A stretch of DNA of 64,000 nt from NCBI GenBank assembly GCA_017610205.1, contig JAFCCL010000002.1, positions 1 through 64,000 on the forward strand, in the 5' to 3' direction. This document shows positions 8,226-19,055 of the stretch, piece by piece. Below the pieces are notes generated by a model. It was not told the origin of the DNA and did no database searches. It saw only the letters and a program-made list of their open reading frames with translations. Made by a program: the position numbers and the translations under genes. This DNA comes from Candidatus Iainarchaeum sp. Lineage in GTDB: Archaea > Iainarchaeota > Iainarchaeia > Iainarchaeales > GCA-2688035. Numbering within the stretch: the stretch's first letter is position 1; every line of letters starts with the position of its first letter.

Positions 8226-10109
8226 ATGAAATTCAAGGTTTTGGCAGAGTCTTTTGACAGGGTTGAAAAGGTAAGCAAGCGGCTTGAAATGACTGATTTT
8301 CTTGCAGAGCTTTTTGAAAAAAGCAATGCTGACGAAATTGCACGCGTGATATACCTTTGCCAGGGCCAGCTTGCCCCTCCATACAAGGATGTTGAAATTG
8401 GAATGGGAGAAAATTATGCTGAGGAGGCAATTGCAAAGGCAGCTGGTTATACCAAAGCAGAGGTTGAAAAAGAATTTAAGAAAAGAGGAGATTTGGGCCT
8501 TGTAGCAGAAGAATTTTTGAAGAAAAAAAAGCAACAGTCACTTTTCAGTGCAGAACTTACTGTTGAAAAGGTTTTCAAAAATTTGATGAAAATTGCAACA
8601 ACGGAGGGAAGCGGAAGCCAGCAGCTTAAAATAAAGCTTTTAGCCGAGCTTTTAAACAGCGCCTCTCCTGTTGAAGCCCGCTACCTTATCAGAATTCCTT
8701 TGGGAAGTTTGAGGCTTGGAATAGGCGATCCAACAATAATGGACGCCTTTGCCATAAACCTTTTGGCAGAAGCACAAAAGGACAAAGAGCTTGTGAAAAC
8801 TGTTGAAAAAAAGCTAAAGGGGAAAAAAAGCGGGGAAAAAAATGCTGAAAAAAAATTAAATGAAAAAAGAAAAAAGAAAAGAACAGAAGAGCTTGACAAA
8901 AAGCTAAGGCTTGCAGTAAGAGAAAAAATTGAAGACAAGTACAATGTCCACAGTGATTTGGGAGACCTTGCAGAAACCCTGAAAAGGAACGGAATTAAGG
9001 GACTGGAAAAAATTAAAATAGAACCAGGCATTCCACTAAGGCCAACGTTGGCAGAAAGACTGCCAACAGCAGAAGAAATAATTAAAAAGTTGGGAAAGTG
9101 TGCTGTTGAAGCAAAATATGATGGATTTAGATTAGCAATTCACAAAAATGAAACAAAGGTAACAATTTTTAGCAGAAGACAGGAAGACGTTACCGAAATG
9201 TTTCCGGAAATTGTAAAAGCAGTAAAAGACATAAAAGCAAACGAAGCAATTTTTGAAGGAGAAGCCCTTGCATTCAACGAAGAAACACAGGAATATTGCC
9301 CTTTTCAAATAACAATCCAGCGAAAAAGAAAATATGACATTGACAAAATGGCCAAAGAATTTCCACTAACATTGTTTTCATTTGACCTGCTTTACGCAAA
9401 CGGAAAAAACCTAATGGGTTTGCCTTTTAAGAAAAGGCGCGAAAGGCTTGGAAAGATAATTGGAAAGAACAAAACAATTATTTTAACAGATGCAATTGTT
9501 ACAGATTCTGCCAAAGAACTTGAAGAATACTTTGACAAAAGCGTTGGAAAAGGGCTTGAAGGAATTATTGCAAAGGACCTGAATGCAAAATATATTGCAG
9601 GCGCAAGAAAATTTTCATGGATTAAGCTAAAGCGAAGCTATAAAGGCGAGTTAGGAGATACTATTGATACAGTAATTGTTGGATTTTTTAAAGGAAAAGG
9701 CAAAAGAACACAATTTGGATTGGGAGGATTGCTAACTGCAGTATATGACAAAAAAAGCGATTCATTCAAGTCAATTGCAAAAATTGGAACAGGAATGAGT
9801 GAAGAAATGCTTGAAAATCTTTGCAAAATTCTTTCAAAAATCAAATCAGAAAAAAAACCGGCAAGGGTTGAATCTGAAATAAAACCAGATATCTGGGTTG
9901 AACCAAAATATGTTATTGAAGTTAATGCAGATGAAATCACAAAAAGCCCTATTCACACAGCAGGAAAGGCAAAGGGCAAAGAAGGGCTTGCACTGCGCTT
10001 TCCAAGAATGATTAAGCTCAGGCAGGATAAAAAACCAGAACAGGCTACAACAGTTAAAGAAATTGAACAAATGTTCAAAAAACAAAGGCATGTAAGTACA
10101 GGTGCATAA
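8226..10109 (+). CDS. lig: ATP-dependent DNA ligase
   Basis: Motif I EAKYDGFR, EGE, FDLLY, EGIIAK, WIKLK, LRFPR. Confidence 0.97.
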   Translation: MKFKVLAESFDRVEKVSKRLEMTDFLAELFEKSNADEIARVIYLCQGQLAPPYKDVEIGMGENYAEEAIAKAAGYTKAEVEKEFKKRGDLGLVAEEFLKKKKQQSLFSAELTVEKVFKNLMKIATTEGSGSQQLKIKLLAELLNSASPVEARYLIRIPLGSLRLGIGDPTIMDAFAINLLAEAQKDKELVKTVEKKLKGKKSGEKNAEKKLNEKRKKKRTEELDKKLRLAVREKIEDKYNVHSDLGDLAETLKRNGIKGLEKIKIEPGIPLRPTLAERLPTAEEIIKKLGKCAVEAKYDGFRLAIHKNETKVTIFSRRQEDVTEMFPEIVKAVKDIKANEAIFEGEALAFNEETQEYCPFQITIQRKRKYDIDKMAKEFPLTLFSFDLLYANGKNLMGLPFKKRRERLGKIIGKNKTIILTDAIVTDSAKELEEYFDKSVGKGLEGIIAKDLNAKYIAGARKFSWIKLKRSYKGELGDTIDTVIVGFFKGKGKRTQFGLGGLLTAVYDKKSDSFKSIAKIGTGMSEEMLENLCKILSKIKSEKKPARVESEIKPDIWVEPKYVIEVNADEITKSPIHTAGKAKGKEGLALRFPRMIKLRQDKKPEQATTVKEIEQMFKKQRHVSTGA

Positions 10110-10111
10110 AA

Positions 10112-10348
10112 ATGAGTTTTGTATCAAAAACAAGCGGAAATTTTTTCAAAATTCTTATAACAATTGCAGGGCTTGCCCTTGTTTTTTATGTCCTAATTGA
10201 ATTCAGATTGTGGAGCGCTGGTTGGACTGATTACTTTCTAAAAAGAGGCGGATTTGAAAAAATAATTTTTGTAAGCCTTATTGTTGCAGGCATAAGCACA
10301 GTAGTGCTTTGGCTATTCAAATGGCACCTGAGGCTGCAAGCAAGGTGA
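10112..10348 (+). CDS. Small membrane protein
   Basis: 2 TM segments; tight spacing after lig. Confidence 0.6.
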   Translation: MSFVSKTSGNFFKILITIAGLALVFYVLIEFRLWSAGWTDYFLKRGGFEKIIFVSLIVAGISTVVLWLFKWHLRLQAR

Positions 10349-10352
10349 AAAA

Positions 10353-11477
10353 ATGGACAGGGCAATGAAATTATTGGTTTACTCAGTGGCTTCCATACTA
10401 CTATTGTCAGTTCTGGCCCTTGTTATTTTTCCAATGCTTTTTCCAACAGGAAACACCCTTGCAATTTTTGGAAAGAATCTTGAAGCAGCAGAAACAGGGC
10501 TTGGAGTTGGATTTACCAGCGAAATCGAGGTAAAGCAAGGGGATGGATTTGGCGGAGAAACATTTGATTCACTGGGAAGAAATATTGTGTTTCAATGCAA
10601 TAATGCAACGCTTTGCTGCCCGCAAGGAAAAGAATGCGATTCCGTTATTGAGTGGGACAGCAAACTAATCAAATTTAACAAAACAAAAATTATATCAACA
10701 ACAACAAGATGCGATAAAGAATACGAAATTTACACTTGTACAATTTACTTTGGAGAACGACCAGCTCAAATTGAAATAGATTCATTAAAGAGCCCTAAAG
10801 AAGTTGACCTTGGAAAAGAGGTTCCTGTTTTTGAGATATCTTTTTCAAATACAGGAGGCATTAAAGCAATTCAAACCGCGGTTGAAATAGAGGTTTTTAG
10901 AAGATATCTTGAAGATGGACAGTGGATTGAAAAAAGAATTGAAAGCGCTTCAACAATTGAAAATTTTGGCAGCCTTGAAGTTGGTAAAACTTCGAAACAA
11001 AAAATTTACTTAAACCTTAATGAAAACGGCTTATTCAAAGCAAGAGTTAAGGCTTCAGGACTTGAAGCAGGATTTGACGAAAAAATAGTGGAGTTTAATG
11101 CAATAGGTGCAAACACAGAGTGTGTTGCAAGTTACTGTGAAGAACAAAGCATGGTTGAAGAAAATTGCATTACCAGATGCCATTGTGACAGCTGCCTTTT
11201 TGGAAGCAATTGCAGCGAAAAACTGCTTCAGGCAGACAATATTACACTTGGTCTTATACCGGAAATTGATTTAAAAGATGGAACGCAAACAGTTCTTGGA
11301 AGCAATATTATTGACTTTAAAGTGTCTGAAATGTATTGTCAAGAAATAATTCCCAATCCAAACACCACTATTCCAGATAATACAATCCCGAATCCTGATA
11401 ATCTCGACATTTATGGTAACAATCCACCAAGCAACCCTATAAACAACCCAGCAGACCCATCAGATGTAGACAGTTAA
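10353..11477 (+). CDS. Membrane-anchored extracellular protein with CARDB/Ig-like domain, Cys-rich regions and Pro/Asn-rich tail
   Basis: N-terminal TM, FSNTGG CARDB-like strand, many Cys, PNPN/PDN tail. Confidence 0.7.
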   Translation: MDRAMKLLVYSVASILLLSVLALVIFPMLFPTGNTLAIFGKNLEAAETGLGVGFTSEIEVKQGDGFGGETFDSLGRNIVFQCNNATLCCPQGKECDSVIEWDSKLIKFNKTKIISTTTRCDKEYEIYTCTIYFGERPAQIEIDSLKSPKEVDLGKEVPVFEISFSNTGGIKAIQTAVEIEVFRRYLEDGQWIEKRIESASTIENFGSLEVGKTSKQKIYLNLNENGLFKARVKASGLEAGFDEKIVEFNAIGANTECVASYCEEQSMVEENCITRCHCDSCLFGSNCSEKLLQADNITLGLIPEIDLKDGTQTVLGSNIIDFKVSEMYCQEIIPNPNTTIPDNTIPNPDNLDIYGNNPPSNPINNPADPSDVDS

Positions 11478-11482
11478 CAAAA

Positions 11483-12385
11483 TCAGGCTTTTCCTTTTGC
11501 ACCAAACAACGCAAGCTTGTGCTCGCAAACCTTTTGAGTTAAATCCTGTGCATTCAACAAAGCACCCCTTGAATCAAAATTCTTTGGGGTTTTTGAAAAA
11601 AATTCCCTCATTCCTGCTGTAAAAGCAAGCCTTAAATCAGTGTCAATGTTTATTTTGGCAACACCAAGCTTTATTGCCTTTCTCAAATCACTTTCAGAAA
11701 CACCTTTTGCTTTTGAAATTTTTGCCCCAAAACGATTGCACTTTTGAACCAGCTCTTTTGGAACAGAAGATGCACCATGCAAAACCAGTGGAACTGAAAC
11801 AAGCTCATTAATTTCTTTTAACCTGGAAAAATCAAGCTTTGACCTTTCCTTAAATTTGAAAGCACCATGCGAGGTACCTATTGCAACAGCCAAGCTGTCA
11901 CAATTTGTTTTTTCAACAAAAAGTTTTGCCTCGTCAGGATCTGTTAAATGCCTGTCACTTGAACCAAGCCTTTTAAGAGCACCAAGTTCTGCTTCAACAG
12001 AACAGCCCTTTCTTTTTGCCATTGAAACAACCCTTTTTGTAATTTCAATATTCTTCTTCAAAGAATATTTGCTTGCGTCAACCATTACGCTTTTGAAGCC
12101 AATATCAATACAGTTTTTAATCAAAGGCAAATGCTTGCCATGATCAAGATGAATGCAAACAGGAATTTTTGCCCTTCTTTCAAGCTCTTGCACAATTCCA
12201 AAAATGTTTTCAAGACCAGCATATCTTATAGTAGTTTCAGTAATCTGAATCATTAAAGGAGCCCTTGCCTTTTCAGCAGCCTGAAAAATTGCCTTGCTTA
12301 CCTCAAGATTAACTGTATTAAAAGAAGGAAGGGCATAACAACCTTTTAGACCCTTTGATAACAATGGCTTTGCTTGCTTAAACAT
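11483..12385 (-). CDS. fba: Class II fructose-1,6-bisphosphate aldolase
   Basis: HLDHG, SVMVDAS, EAELG, GTSHG, LVLHGAS, KINIDTD. Confidence 0.95.
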   Translation of the reverse strand: MFKQAKPLLSKGLKGCYALPSFNTVNLEVSKAIFQAAEKARAPLMIQITETTIRYAGLENIFGIVQELERRAKIPVCIHLDHGKHLPLIKNCIDIGFKSVMVDASKYSLKKNIEITKRVVSMAKRKGCSVEAELGALKRLGSSDRHLTDPDEAKLFVEKTNCDSLAVAIGTSHGAFKFKERSKLDFSRLKEINELVSVPLVLHGASSVPKELVQKCNRFGAKISKAKGVSESDLRKAIKLGVAKINIDTDLRLAFTAGMREFFSKTPKNFDSRGALLNAQDLTQKVCEHKLALFGAKGKA

Positions 12386-12454
12386 TATACCGCCTGAAAA
12401 AAACTAACCGATTAATATAAATTGCTTCTTTTATATTAATTTATTGGATTTAAC

Positions 12455-13780
12455 ATGACTAAAAACATTGATTCTTTTCTAAAAAAACACAGCCTAAAAG
12501 AAGGCGACGTAGTTGAAATAACCGAAAAAAAAGGCAATTCAATAAAGGGAACAATCATTCCCTCAAAGGAAAAAATTCTTGCCCTAAAGCTTGAAAACGG
12601 ATACAATGCAGGAATTTCACTGGAAAAAATCAAAAATGCGAAAAAAATTGGCTCAGGAAAAAAGGTTGGAAAGGCAAAAACTGTTGAAATAAAAAATAAC
12701 CCAAAACTTCCGACAATAAGCATTTTGCACACAGGAGGCACAATTGCCTCAAGAGTAGATTACAAAACAGGCGGAGTTTATGCAGCATTTGAAGCAAAAG
12801 ACCTGTTTACAATGTTTCCAGAGCTTGCCAAAATAGCAAATTTTAATTCAAGACTTGTAACAAATATTATGAGCGAAGACATTACATTTAAAGATTACAA
12901 AACCATTGCAAAAGCCGTTGCAGAAGAAATAAAAAAAGGCACAAAAGGAATAATCATTGGGCACGGAACAGACACTCTTGCATTAACAGCAACAGCCCTT
13001 GCATTCATGTTTGAAAACCTGCCGGTTCCTGTTTTGCTTGTCGGAGCACAAAGAAGCAGCGACAGAGGAAGTTCCGATGCAGCAATGAATTTAACCTGCG
13101 CAGCAAACTTTATTGCAAAAAGCAATTTTGCAGGGATTGCAATCTGCATGCACCACAGGGATTCAGACAACGAATGTGCAATTTTGCCAGCATGCAAGAC
13201 AAGAAAGCTCCACACAAGCAGGAGAGATGCATTCAAAGCAGTAAACGACACTCCAATTGCACTAGTTGAATACAAAACAGGAAACATTAAATTTTTGAAA
13301 AAAAACTACGAAAAAGCCGGCAAAAGCAGGAAATTTTCATTAAAAGACAATTTTGAAGAAAGAACAGGCTTGCTGAAAACATATACAAACATGCTGCCAG
13401 AAGCATTTGAATTCTTCCAAAAAAACAAATACAATGGATTTGTATTAGAGGCAACAGGAATTGGCCAGGCTCCCACAAACACAAAAGAACACGAAAAAAA
13501 TTATGAGGCATTAAAAAAATTCATAAAAGGCGGAGGAATTATTGCACTAACCTCTCAATGCATTTTTGGAAGAGTTCACCCTACAATTTACACAAACTGC
13601 AGAAGGCTTGCAAACATTGGAATAATTTTTTGCGAAGACATGCTTACAGAAACCGCCTTTATCAAGCTTGCATGGCTGCTTGGAAATTACCCGGCAGAAG
13701 AAGCAAAAAAACTCATGGTGCAAAACCTGCGCGGAGAAATAAGCGCTTGCACTGAAATTGACAGTTTTGAAATAGAATGA
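12455..13780 (+). CDS. gatD: Glu-tRNA(Gln) amidotransferase subunit D
   Basis: N-terminal KLENGYNAG domain, TGGTIASRVDY, HGTDT, GAQRSSDRGSSDA, HTSRRDAF. Confidence 0.96.
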   Translation: MTKNIDSFLKKHSLKEGDVVEITEKKGNSIKGTIIPSKEKILALKLENGYNAGISLEKIKNAKKIGSGKKVGKAKTVEIKNNPKLPTISILHTGGTIASRVDYKTGGVYAAFEAKDLFTMFPELAKIANFNSRLVTNIMSEDITFKDYKTIAKAVAEEIKKGTKGIIIGHGTDTLALTATALAFMFENLPVPVLLVGAQRSSDRGSSDAAMNLTCAANFIAKSNFAGIAICMHHRDSDNECAILPACKTRKLHTSRRDAFKAVNDTPIALVEYKTGNIKFLKKNYEKAGKSRKFSLKDNFEERTGLLKTYTNMLPEAFEFFQKNKYNGFVLEATGIGQAPTNTKEHEKNYEALKKFIKGGGIIALTSQCIFGRVHPTIYTNCRRLANIGIIFCEDMLTETAFIKLAWLLGNYPAEEAKKLMVQNLRGEISACTEIDSFEIE

Positions 13781-13821
13781 ATTTTTAGAAGCAAATGCTT
13801 GCTTTGAAATAAAATGGTTTT

Positions 13822-15429
13822 TTAAAAACCAAAGGTTGTTGACAAAGAAATATTGTGCGCGTGATCGCTTATTCTTTCAAGGTTTCTGATTAATTCGGCA
13901 AACACAACATTTGCCTTTGCATTGCATTTCTTGCTATCCATTCGCTCAAAATTGTTTTGTTCAAACTGATTCTGCAAACCATCAATTTCTGCTTCAAGCA
14001 AAGAAACCTTTTCGGCTATTTTTACATTCCCTGAGACCATAACATTTAATGACTTGTTAAAGCAGTCCCTTGTTTTTCTAAACATTACGACAAACTCGCG
14101 CATGGCATGAGCTGAAAGAACAATTTTTTCTTTTATCTTCCTTTCAGCAAGCTCTCCAATGTTGTTTGCATGGTCTGAAACCCTTTCAATATCAGAAATA
14201 ATATGTGTCAATGAAGCAACCCTTTTTGCCTGCTTTTTACTAAGCTCACATCGAGTAATCTTGACTAAGAATGCCTCAATTGCATTGTCCAATTCATCAA
14301 CTGCATCCTCCTGCTTTTCAACAGTCTTAACAAGTTTTAGGTCGTTTGATTCAAAAGCCTTGACAGCATTGTCCAATGAAGACAAAGCCATACTGCCCAT
14401 TCTCTCAGCCTCTTTTTCAGCAAGGCTTATTGCAATAGCTGGTGTTCTAAGGGTACGTTTGTCAAGAAACTTTACACCCCTTTCAATTTTTGGCTCTTCC
14501 CCAGGAAGAAACTTTTTAACAGCCATAATCAGCAAGCCAATGAATGGGAAGAACATCAAGGCAAAAGCAAAGTTGAAAATTGTGTGGGCATTTGCAATTT
14601 GTCTTGGAACACTGGAAGCAGTAAGTGAAAGAACAGGAATAAGCAATGGCAAAAGCGGAAAGATTATTAGAACGCCGGCAACATTGAAAATAAGGTGTGC
14701 AAAGGCAGCCCTTTTAGCAGAAAGCCTTGCTCCAATCGAAGCAATCATGACCGTTACGCATGTTCCGATGTTAGCAGCAAGTATAATTGGAAGGGCAACC
14801 GGCAGTCCTATAAGCCCCTGCATTGACATGGCAATAACCAATGCAACTGTTGCACTGCTACTTTGGATTACGGCAGTGAAAACCAATCCAACCAAAAGGC
14901 CAAGTATTGGGTATACTCCAAATTCCTGCACTATCTCCATAAAAAGAGCGGATTCTTTTAGAGGAGCAACAGCAACCCCCATCATTTCCATTCCGAGAAA
15001 AAGCAATCCAAATCCAAGAATTACTTCACCTGTAAGTTTTTGCTTATAGTTTTTGCCGGCAAAGAAAAGAAGAAAACCAAAAGCAATAATTGGCATTGCA
15101 AAAGCCCCTATTTTGAATGCAATCAATTGCGCCGTAATAGTTGTCCCAATGTTTGCCCCGATTATTACAGGAACAGCCTGTGTCAATGTCAAAAGCCCGG
15201 CATTAATTAACCCAATTACAGTGACTGTTGTTACACTACTGCTTTGCACCACCGCAGTAATTCCTGCTCCTACGGCAATGCCTTTCCATCTCTTGCCGGT
15301 AATCTTTTCCAAAATGGTTTTGAGCCTGTCACCGGCAATCTTTTGCAAAGAGGTACTCAGCAAAAGCAAGCCGTACAAAAACAGGGCAAGGCCTCCAACC
15401 ATGCCAAAAACAATAGGAATAATGTCCAT
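13822..15429 (-). CDS. Na+/phosphate cotransporter with C-terminal PhoU domains
   Basis: Two QSSS motifs, GANIGTT, and ERVSDHA/ERISDHA PhoU repeats. Confidence 0.92.
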   Translation of the reverse strand: MDIIPIVFGMVGGLALFLYGLLLLSTSLQKIAGDRLKTILEKITGKRWKGIAVGAGITAVVQSSSVTTVTVIGLINAGLLTLTQAVPVIIGANIGTTITAQLIAFKIGAFAMPIIAFGFLLFFAGKNYKQKLTGEVILGFGLLFLGMEMMGVAVAPLKESALFMEIVQEFGVYPILGLLVGLVFTAVIQSSSATVALVIAMSMQGLIGLPVALPIILAANIGTCVTVMIASIGARLSAKRAAFAHLIFNVAGVLIIFPLLPLLIPVLSLTASSVPRQIANAHTIFNFAFALMFFPFIGLLIMAVKKFLPGEEPKIERGVKFLDKRTLRTPAIAISLAEKEAERMGSMALSSLDNAVKAFESNDLKLVKTVEKQEDAVDELDNAIEAFLVKITRCELSKKQAKRVASLTHIISDIERVSDHANNIGELAERKIKEKIVLSAHAMREFVVMFRKTRDCFNKSLNVMVSGNVKIAEKVSLLEAEIDGLQNQFEQNNFERMDSKKCNAKANVVFAELIRNLERISDHAHNISLSTTFGF

Positions 15430-15510
15430 TAGCAACCCTCTCTTGAATAAAATTGGATGGGAAGTAATTAAAAAACTAAGTTGTTAAATTAAATGGAGAT
15501 TTGAAAAAAA

Positions 15511-16041
15511 ATGAAGGAAGTTCATTTAGAGAAAGCAGTTCGTCTAATTTACCCAAGAATTACTGTTCTGGTTACAACACAAAATGCACAAGGAAAACCA
15601 AACGCTGCGCCCTACTCCTGGATGGCACCGGTTTCTTTTACACCTCCAATGCTATACATTGGAATTCAGAGAAAGGAAACCCTTACAATAAAAAACATGC
15701 GCAAAACAAAGGAATTTGTGGTAAATATTGTAACCAAAAACTGGGCTAAAAAAGCAGTTGCCTGCGAAGCAAAGATTGAAGACAAGGTTGAAAAAAGCGG
15801 AATAACATTAAGGGAAAGCAAAAAAGTTAGGGCACCAACAGTTTCAGAGGCAAAAATCGTTTTGGAATGCAAACTGCACGAAATAATTGAAACAGACAAA
15901 GCAGACCGCTTTTTGGTAATTGGAGAAATAGTGTACGCAGAAAATGATGAAACAATCAGCAATGAAGAAATTGCAATGCACATCTCAGGAGAAGAATTTG
16001 TAAGCCCAGGGCAAAGTTATGCAGTTAAGAGAAAGAAATAA
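15511..16041 (+). CDS. Flavin reductase family protein
   Basis: PNAAPYSW...SFTPP, T..N..TKEFVVN, LECKL, LVIGEIV. Confidence 0.88.
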   Translation: MKEVHLEKAVRLIYPRITVLVTTQNAQGKPNAAPYSWMAPVSFTPPMLYIGIQRKETLTIKNMRKTKEFVVNIVTKNWAKKAVACEAKIEDKVEKSGITLRESKKVRAPTVSEAKIVLECKLHEIIETDKADRFLVIGEIVYAENDETISNEEIAMHISGEEFVSPGQSYAVKRKK

Positions 16042-16492
16042 AAAGTATTGAAACAAATTTATAATAAAATAGCAATGTGGTGACAATGTCAAGGGCACGT
16101 AGAAAAAAGAGCTTTCTTCCAGGAAGATTAAAAGTCCCAAAAGGAAAAAAGGCGAGAAGAACCAAAACTACCCTATCAAGAATTCAAAGCAGAAGAGATC
16201 AAGCCAAATAAACCCACCTTTAAAATTACTTTTCCTGTTAAGAGAAAGAAATAAAATAAGAAACCGTGCACAAAGAGCTCGACCAGTAGGCGGTAATGCC
16301 CAAACAGCTGGTGGAACCCAAAAGAAAACACAGGCAAAACCGAAAGAAAGACTAACTGACACAGAAATTAGAAATGCAGCAATAGATGCATATGCAACGA
16401 AGCACAATGTATCAAGGAATGTAGCAAAACAGAGATTGGAAATAACATGCAAATAATTCCCTTTAAATCACTTTTTCTGCTTTTTTTTTGTT

Positions 16493-17023
16493 ATGAAAGT
16501 GCTTGCAGTCAACGGTTCGCACCGCAAAGGCAATACTGAAACCCTGCTTAAGCGCATCTTGGACGGCGCTGCCTCCAAGGGAGCGCAGATTGAGCTGATT
16601 AACCTTATGGATAAGAATGTTGAAAACTGCAAGGCATGCATGGGCTGCGAGGAAAAAGGTACTTGTAACATTACAGATGACTTTCCAAAGATATTTGAAA
16701 AAATGGCCAACACAGATGTCCTTGTGCTTGGCTCACCAAATTATTTTAACAATGTAAGCGCGGTGATGAAAAACTTCATTGACAGGATGAACGCACACTG
16801 GAAAGACCCTCGCTTGGAAGGCAAAAAGGTTGTTTTAGTAATGCCAGGAGGGCAAGGAAAGGAAAGCAGGGAAAAGGGAATGGATGCATTTGAGCAATTT
16901 CCAAAAATCTGCAAAATGCAGGTTGTTGAAAGAATTTCACCACAACTTGATTTGCCTAAGGAAGCCCAAAAAAGCCAGAAATTAATGCAGGAATGCTTTG
17001 GGTTAGGGAAAAGAATTGCTTAG
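16493..17023 (+). CDS. Flavodoxin-like iron-sulfur flavoprotein (NADPH-dependent FMN reductase family)
   Basis: GSHRKGNT, CKACMGC..C, GSPNYF, MKNFIDR. Confidence 0.9.
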   Translation: MKVLAVNGSHRKGNTETLLKRILDGAASKGAQIELINLMDKNVENCKACMGCEEKGTCNITDDFPKIFEKMANTDVLVLGSPNYFNNVSAVMKNFIDRMNAHWKDPRLEGKKVVLVMPGGQGKESREKGMDAFEQFPKICKMQVVERISPQLDLPKEAQKSQKLMQECFGLGKRIA

Positions 17024-17071
17024 GTATAATTCCCTTAAAAAGCTTTTTTCTGCTTGAATAGAATGGTTTGC

Positions 17072-18946
17072 ATGAGCGAATGGGAAAAATTGGGCTTAAA
17101 AGCAGGGTTGGAATGCCACCAACAGCTTAACACAGGAAAGCTGTTCTGCAGATGTCCCTCCATGCTAAGAGAAGACAAGCCAGATATCAAAGTAAAAAGA
17201 TACCTCAGGCCTGTTGCATCAGAGTTGGGAGAATTTGACAAAGCAGCATTGGAAGCATTCAGCAAAGGTCTTTCATACAATTACGAAGCATACCATGACA
17301 GCAACTGCGAAATAGAACTCGATGATGAACCACCACAGCCAGCTGACAAAGAAGCACTTGAAACAACTCTTAAAGCAGCTTTGATGACAAAAAGCAATAT
17401 TTTGGACGAATTGTTTGTAATGCGTAAGCTAGTAATTGACGGCTCGAACACAGCCGGATTTCAAAGAACAATGCTTGTTGCCCTCGGAGGAGAAATTGAA
17501 TTAAGCAACAAAAAAGTAGGAATTCTAACAATTGCATTGGAAGAAGATGCAGCAAGACCAATGGAAAGAAAGGAACTTGAAATAATTTACAGGCTTGACA
17601 GACTGGGCATTCCACTAATTGAACTGGCAACCGCACCTGATTTGAAAACGCCTGAAGAGGTAAAGGAATGTGCGAAAAAAATAGGCGAGCTTTTTAGGAG
17701 AACCTGCAAGGCAAAAAGGGGCTTGGGAACAATAAGGCAGGATGTAAACATTTCAATCAGGGAAGGTGCAAGGGTTGAAATAAAAGGCGTGCAAGAGCTC
17801 GGCATGATTGACGAATATGTAAGGCGGGAAGTGCAAAGGCAAAAGGCATTAATTGAAATAAGGGAAGAAATGAAAAAAAGAAAAATTGTAAAAAAAGATT
17901 TTGCAGAAGTTGAAATTGCCAGCCTTTCCCAAATTTTTGCAGAAACAGAATGCAAGTTTTTGAAAGGAAAACAGGTTTTTGGAATAAAATTGCACAAAAT
18001 GAAGGACATTTTAGGAAAAGAAATTCAGCCAGAAAAGAGATTTGGAACAGAACTAGCTGGCTATGTAAAAGCAAAAGCAGGTTTAAAGGGAATTCTGCAT
18101 TCTGACGAATTGCCTGCTTACGGCGTGAACGAAAGGGAAGTGGAACATGTAAGGCACAAATGCAACTGCATAATGAATGATGCCTTTGTAATTGTACAAG
18201 CTGAAGAAAAAAAGGCAGAAAAAGCTATTGAAACAGTGCTTGAAAGATGCAAACAGGCATTGGTTGGAGTGCCTGAGGAAACAAGGAATGCTTTGGAAGA
18301 AGGCAATACTGAATACAGCAGGCCATTACCAGGAGCTGCAAGAATGTATCCTGAAACAGACATTGAACCAGTAAACATTAACGTGGAAGAAGTTGCAAAA
18401 ATTGCAAAACAACTTCCTTTAACAGTAAAAGAAAGAGAAAGGATTTACGATGCAAAAGCCCTTTCAGGAAAGTTAATTGATGGAATGAAACTAAGCAATT
18501 ATGCGTGCTTTTTTGAAAAGCTTTTGGAAAAAGGGATTACTGCAACCACTGCTGCCTCTTTGCTTCTTGACGGAATTACTCAATTGAGAAGGGAAGGCGT
18601 GAAAAACATTGGAAACGAAATGATTGAAACAGCATTATTGCTTGAAAAAGAGAAAAAAATTTCAAAAGACATTTTGCTTGATTTCCTGCGGGAGTGGAGT
18701 AAAAGCCCTGAATCAAAACCGGAAGAAATTCTGAAGGAAATGAATGTGGAAAGAGCAGATGAAAGCGAACTGCAAAAAGTGATTGCAAAAATAGTTGAAA
18801 AAAACAAAGAAATTGTGGAAGCAAAAGGTGAAAGGGCAATTGGGGCACTGATGGGAAACGCAATGAAAGAACTTAAGGGAAAGGCAGACGGTTCAACAAT
18901 AAGCAGGCTGCTAAAAGAAGAAATTGCAAAAAAAACAAAAAAATAA
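17072..18946 (+). CDS. gatE: Glu-tRNA(Gln) amidotransferase subunit E
   Basis: GLECHQQL, DGSNTAGFQRT, LEEDA, GTIRQDVN, RPLPGAARMYPETD. Confidence 0.97.
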   Translation: MSEWEKLGLKAGLECHQQLNTGKLFCRCPSMLREDKPDIKVKRYLRPVASELGEFDKAALEAFSKGLSYNYEAYHDSNCEIELDDEPPQPADKEALETTLKAALMTKSNILDELFVMRKLVIDGSNTAGFQRTMLVALGGEIELSNKKVGILTIALEEDAARPMERKELEIIYRLDRLGIPLIELATAPDLKTPEEVKECAKKIGELFRRTCKAKRGLGTIRQDVNISIREGARVEIKGVQELGMIDEYVRREVQRQKALIEIREEMKKRKIVKKDFAEVEIASLSQIFAETECKFLKGKQVFGIKLHKMKDILGKEIQPEKRFGTELAGYVKAKAGLKGILHSDELPAYGVNEREVEHVRHKCNCIMNDAFVIVQAEEKKAEKAIETVLERCKQALVGVPEETRNALEEGNTEYSRPLPGAARMYPETDIEPVNINVEEVAKIAKQLPLTVKERERIYDAKALSGKLIDGMKLSNYACFFEKLLEKGITATTAASLLLDGITQLRREGVKNIGNEMIETALLLEKEKKISKDILLDFLREWSKSPESKPEEILKEMNVERADESELQKVIAKIVEKNKEIVEAKGERAIGALMGNAMKELKGKADGSTISRLLKEEIAKKTKK

Positions 18947-19055
18947 AGGCAACTTGTTTTCAATAATCAAAAAAATAACCTCCTATTTAAGTACTAATAG
19001 CCATTTATTGCCCCGCCAGCCAAAACCCTTAAAAATTCTTATCATATAAATATAT

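Noticed and set aside
14159-15487. Long + strand ORFs (296 aa and 144 aa)
   Set aside because: Antisense shadows of the Na/Pi cotransporter; the same applies to most short ORFs opposite recognised genes
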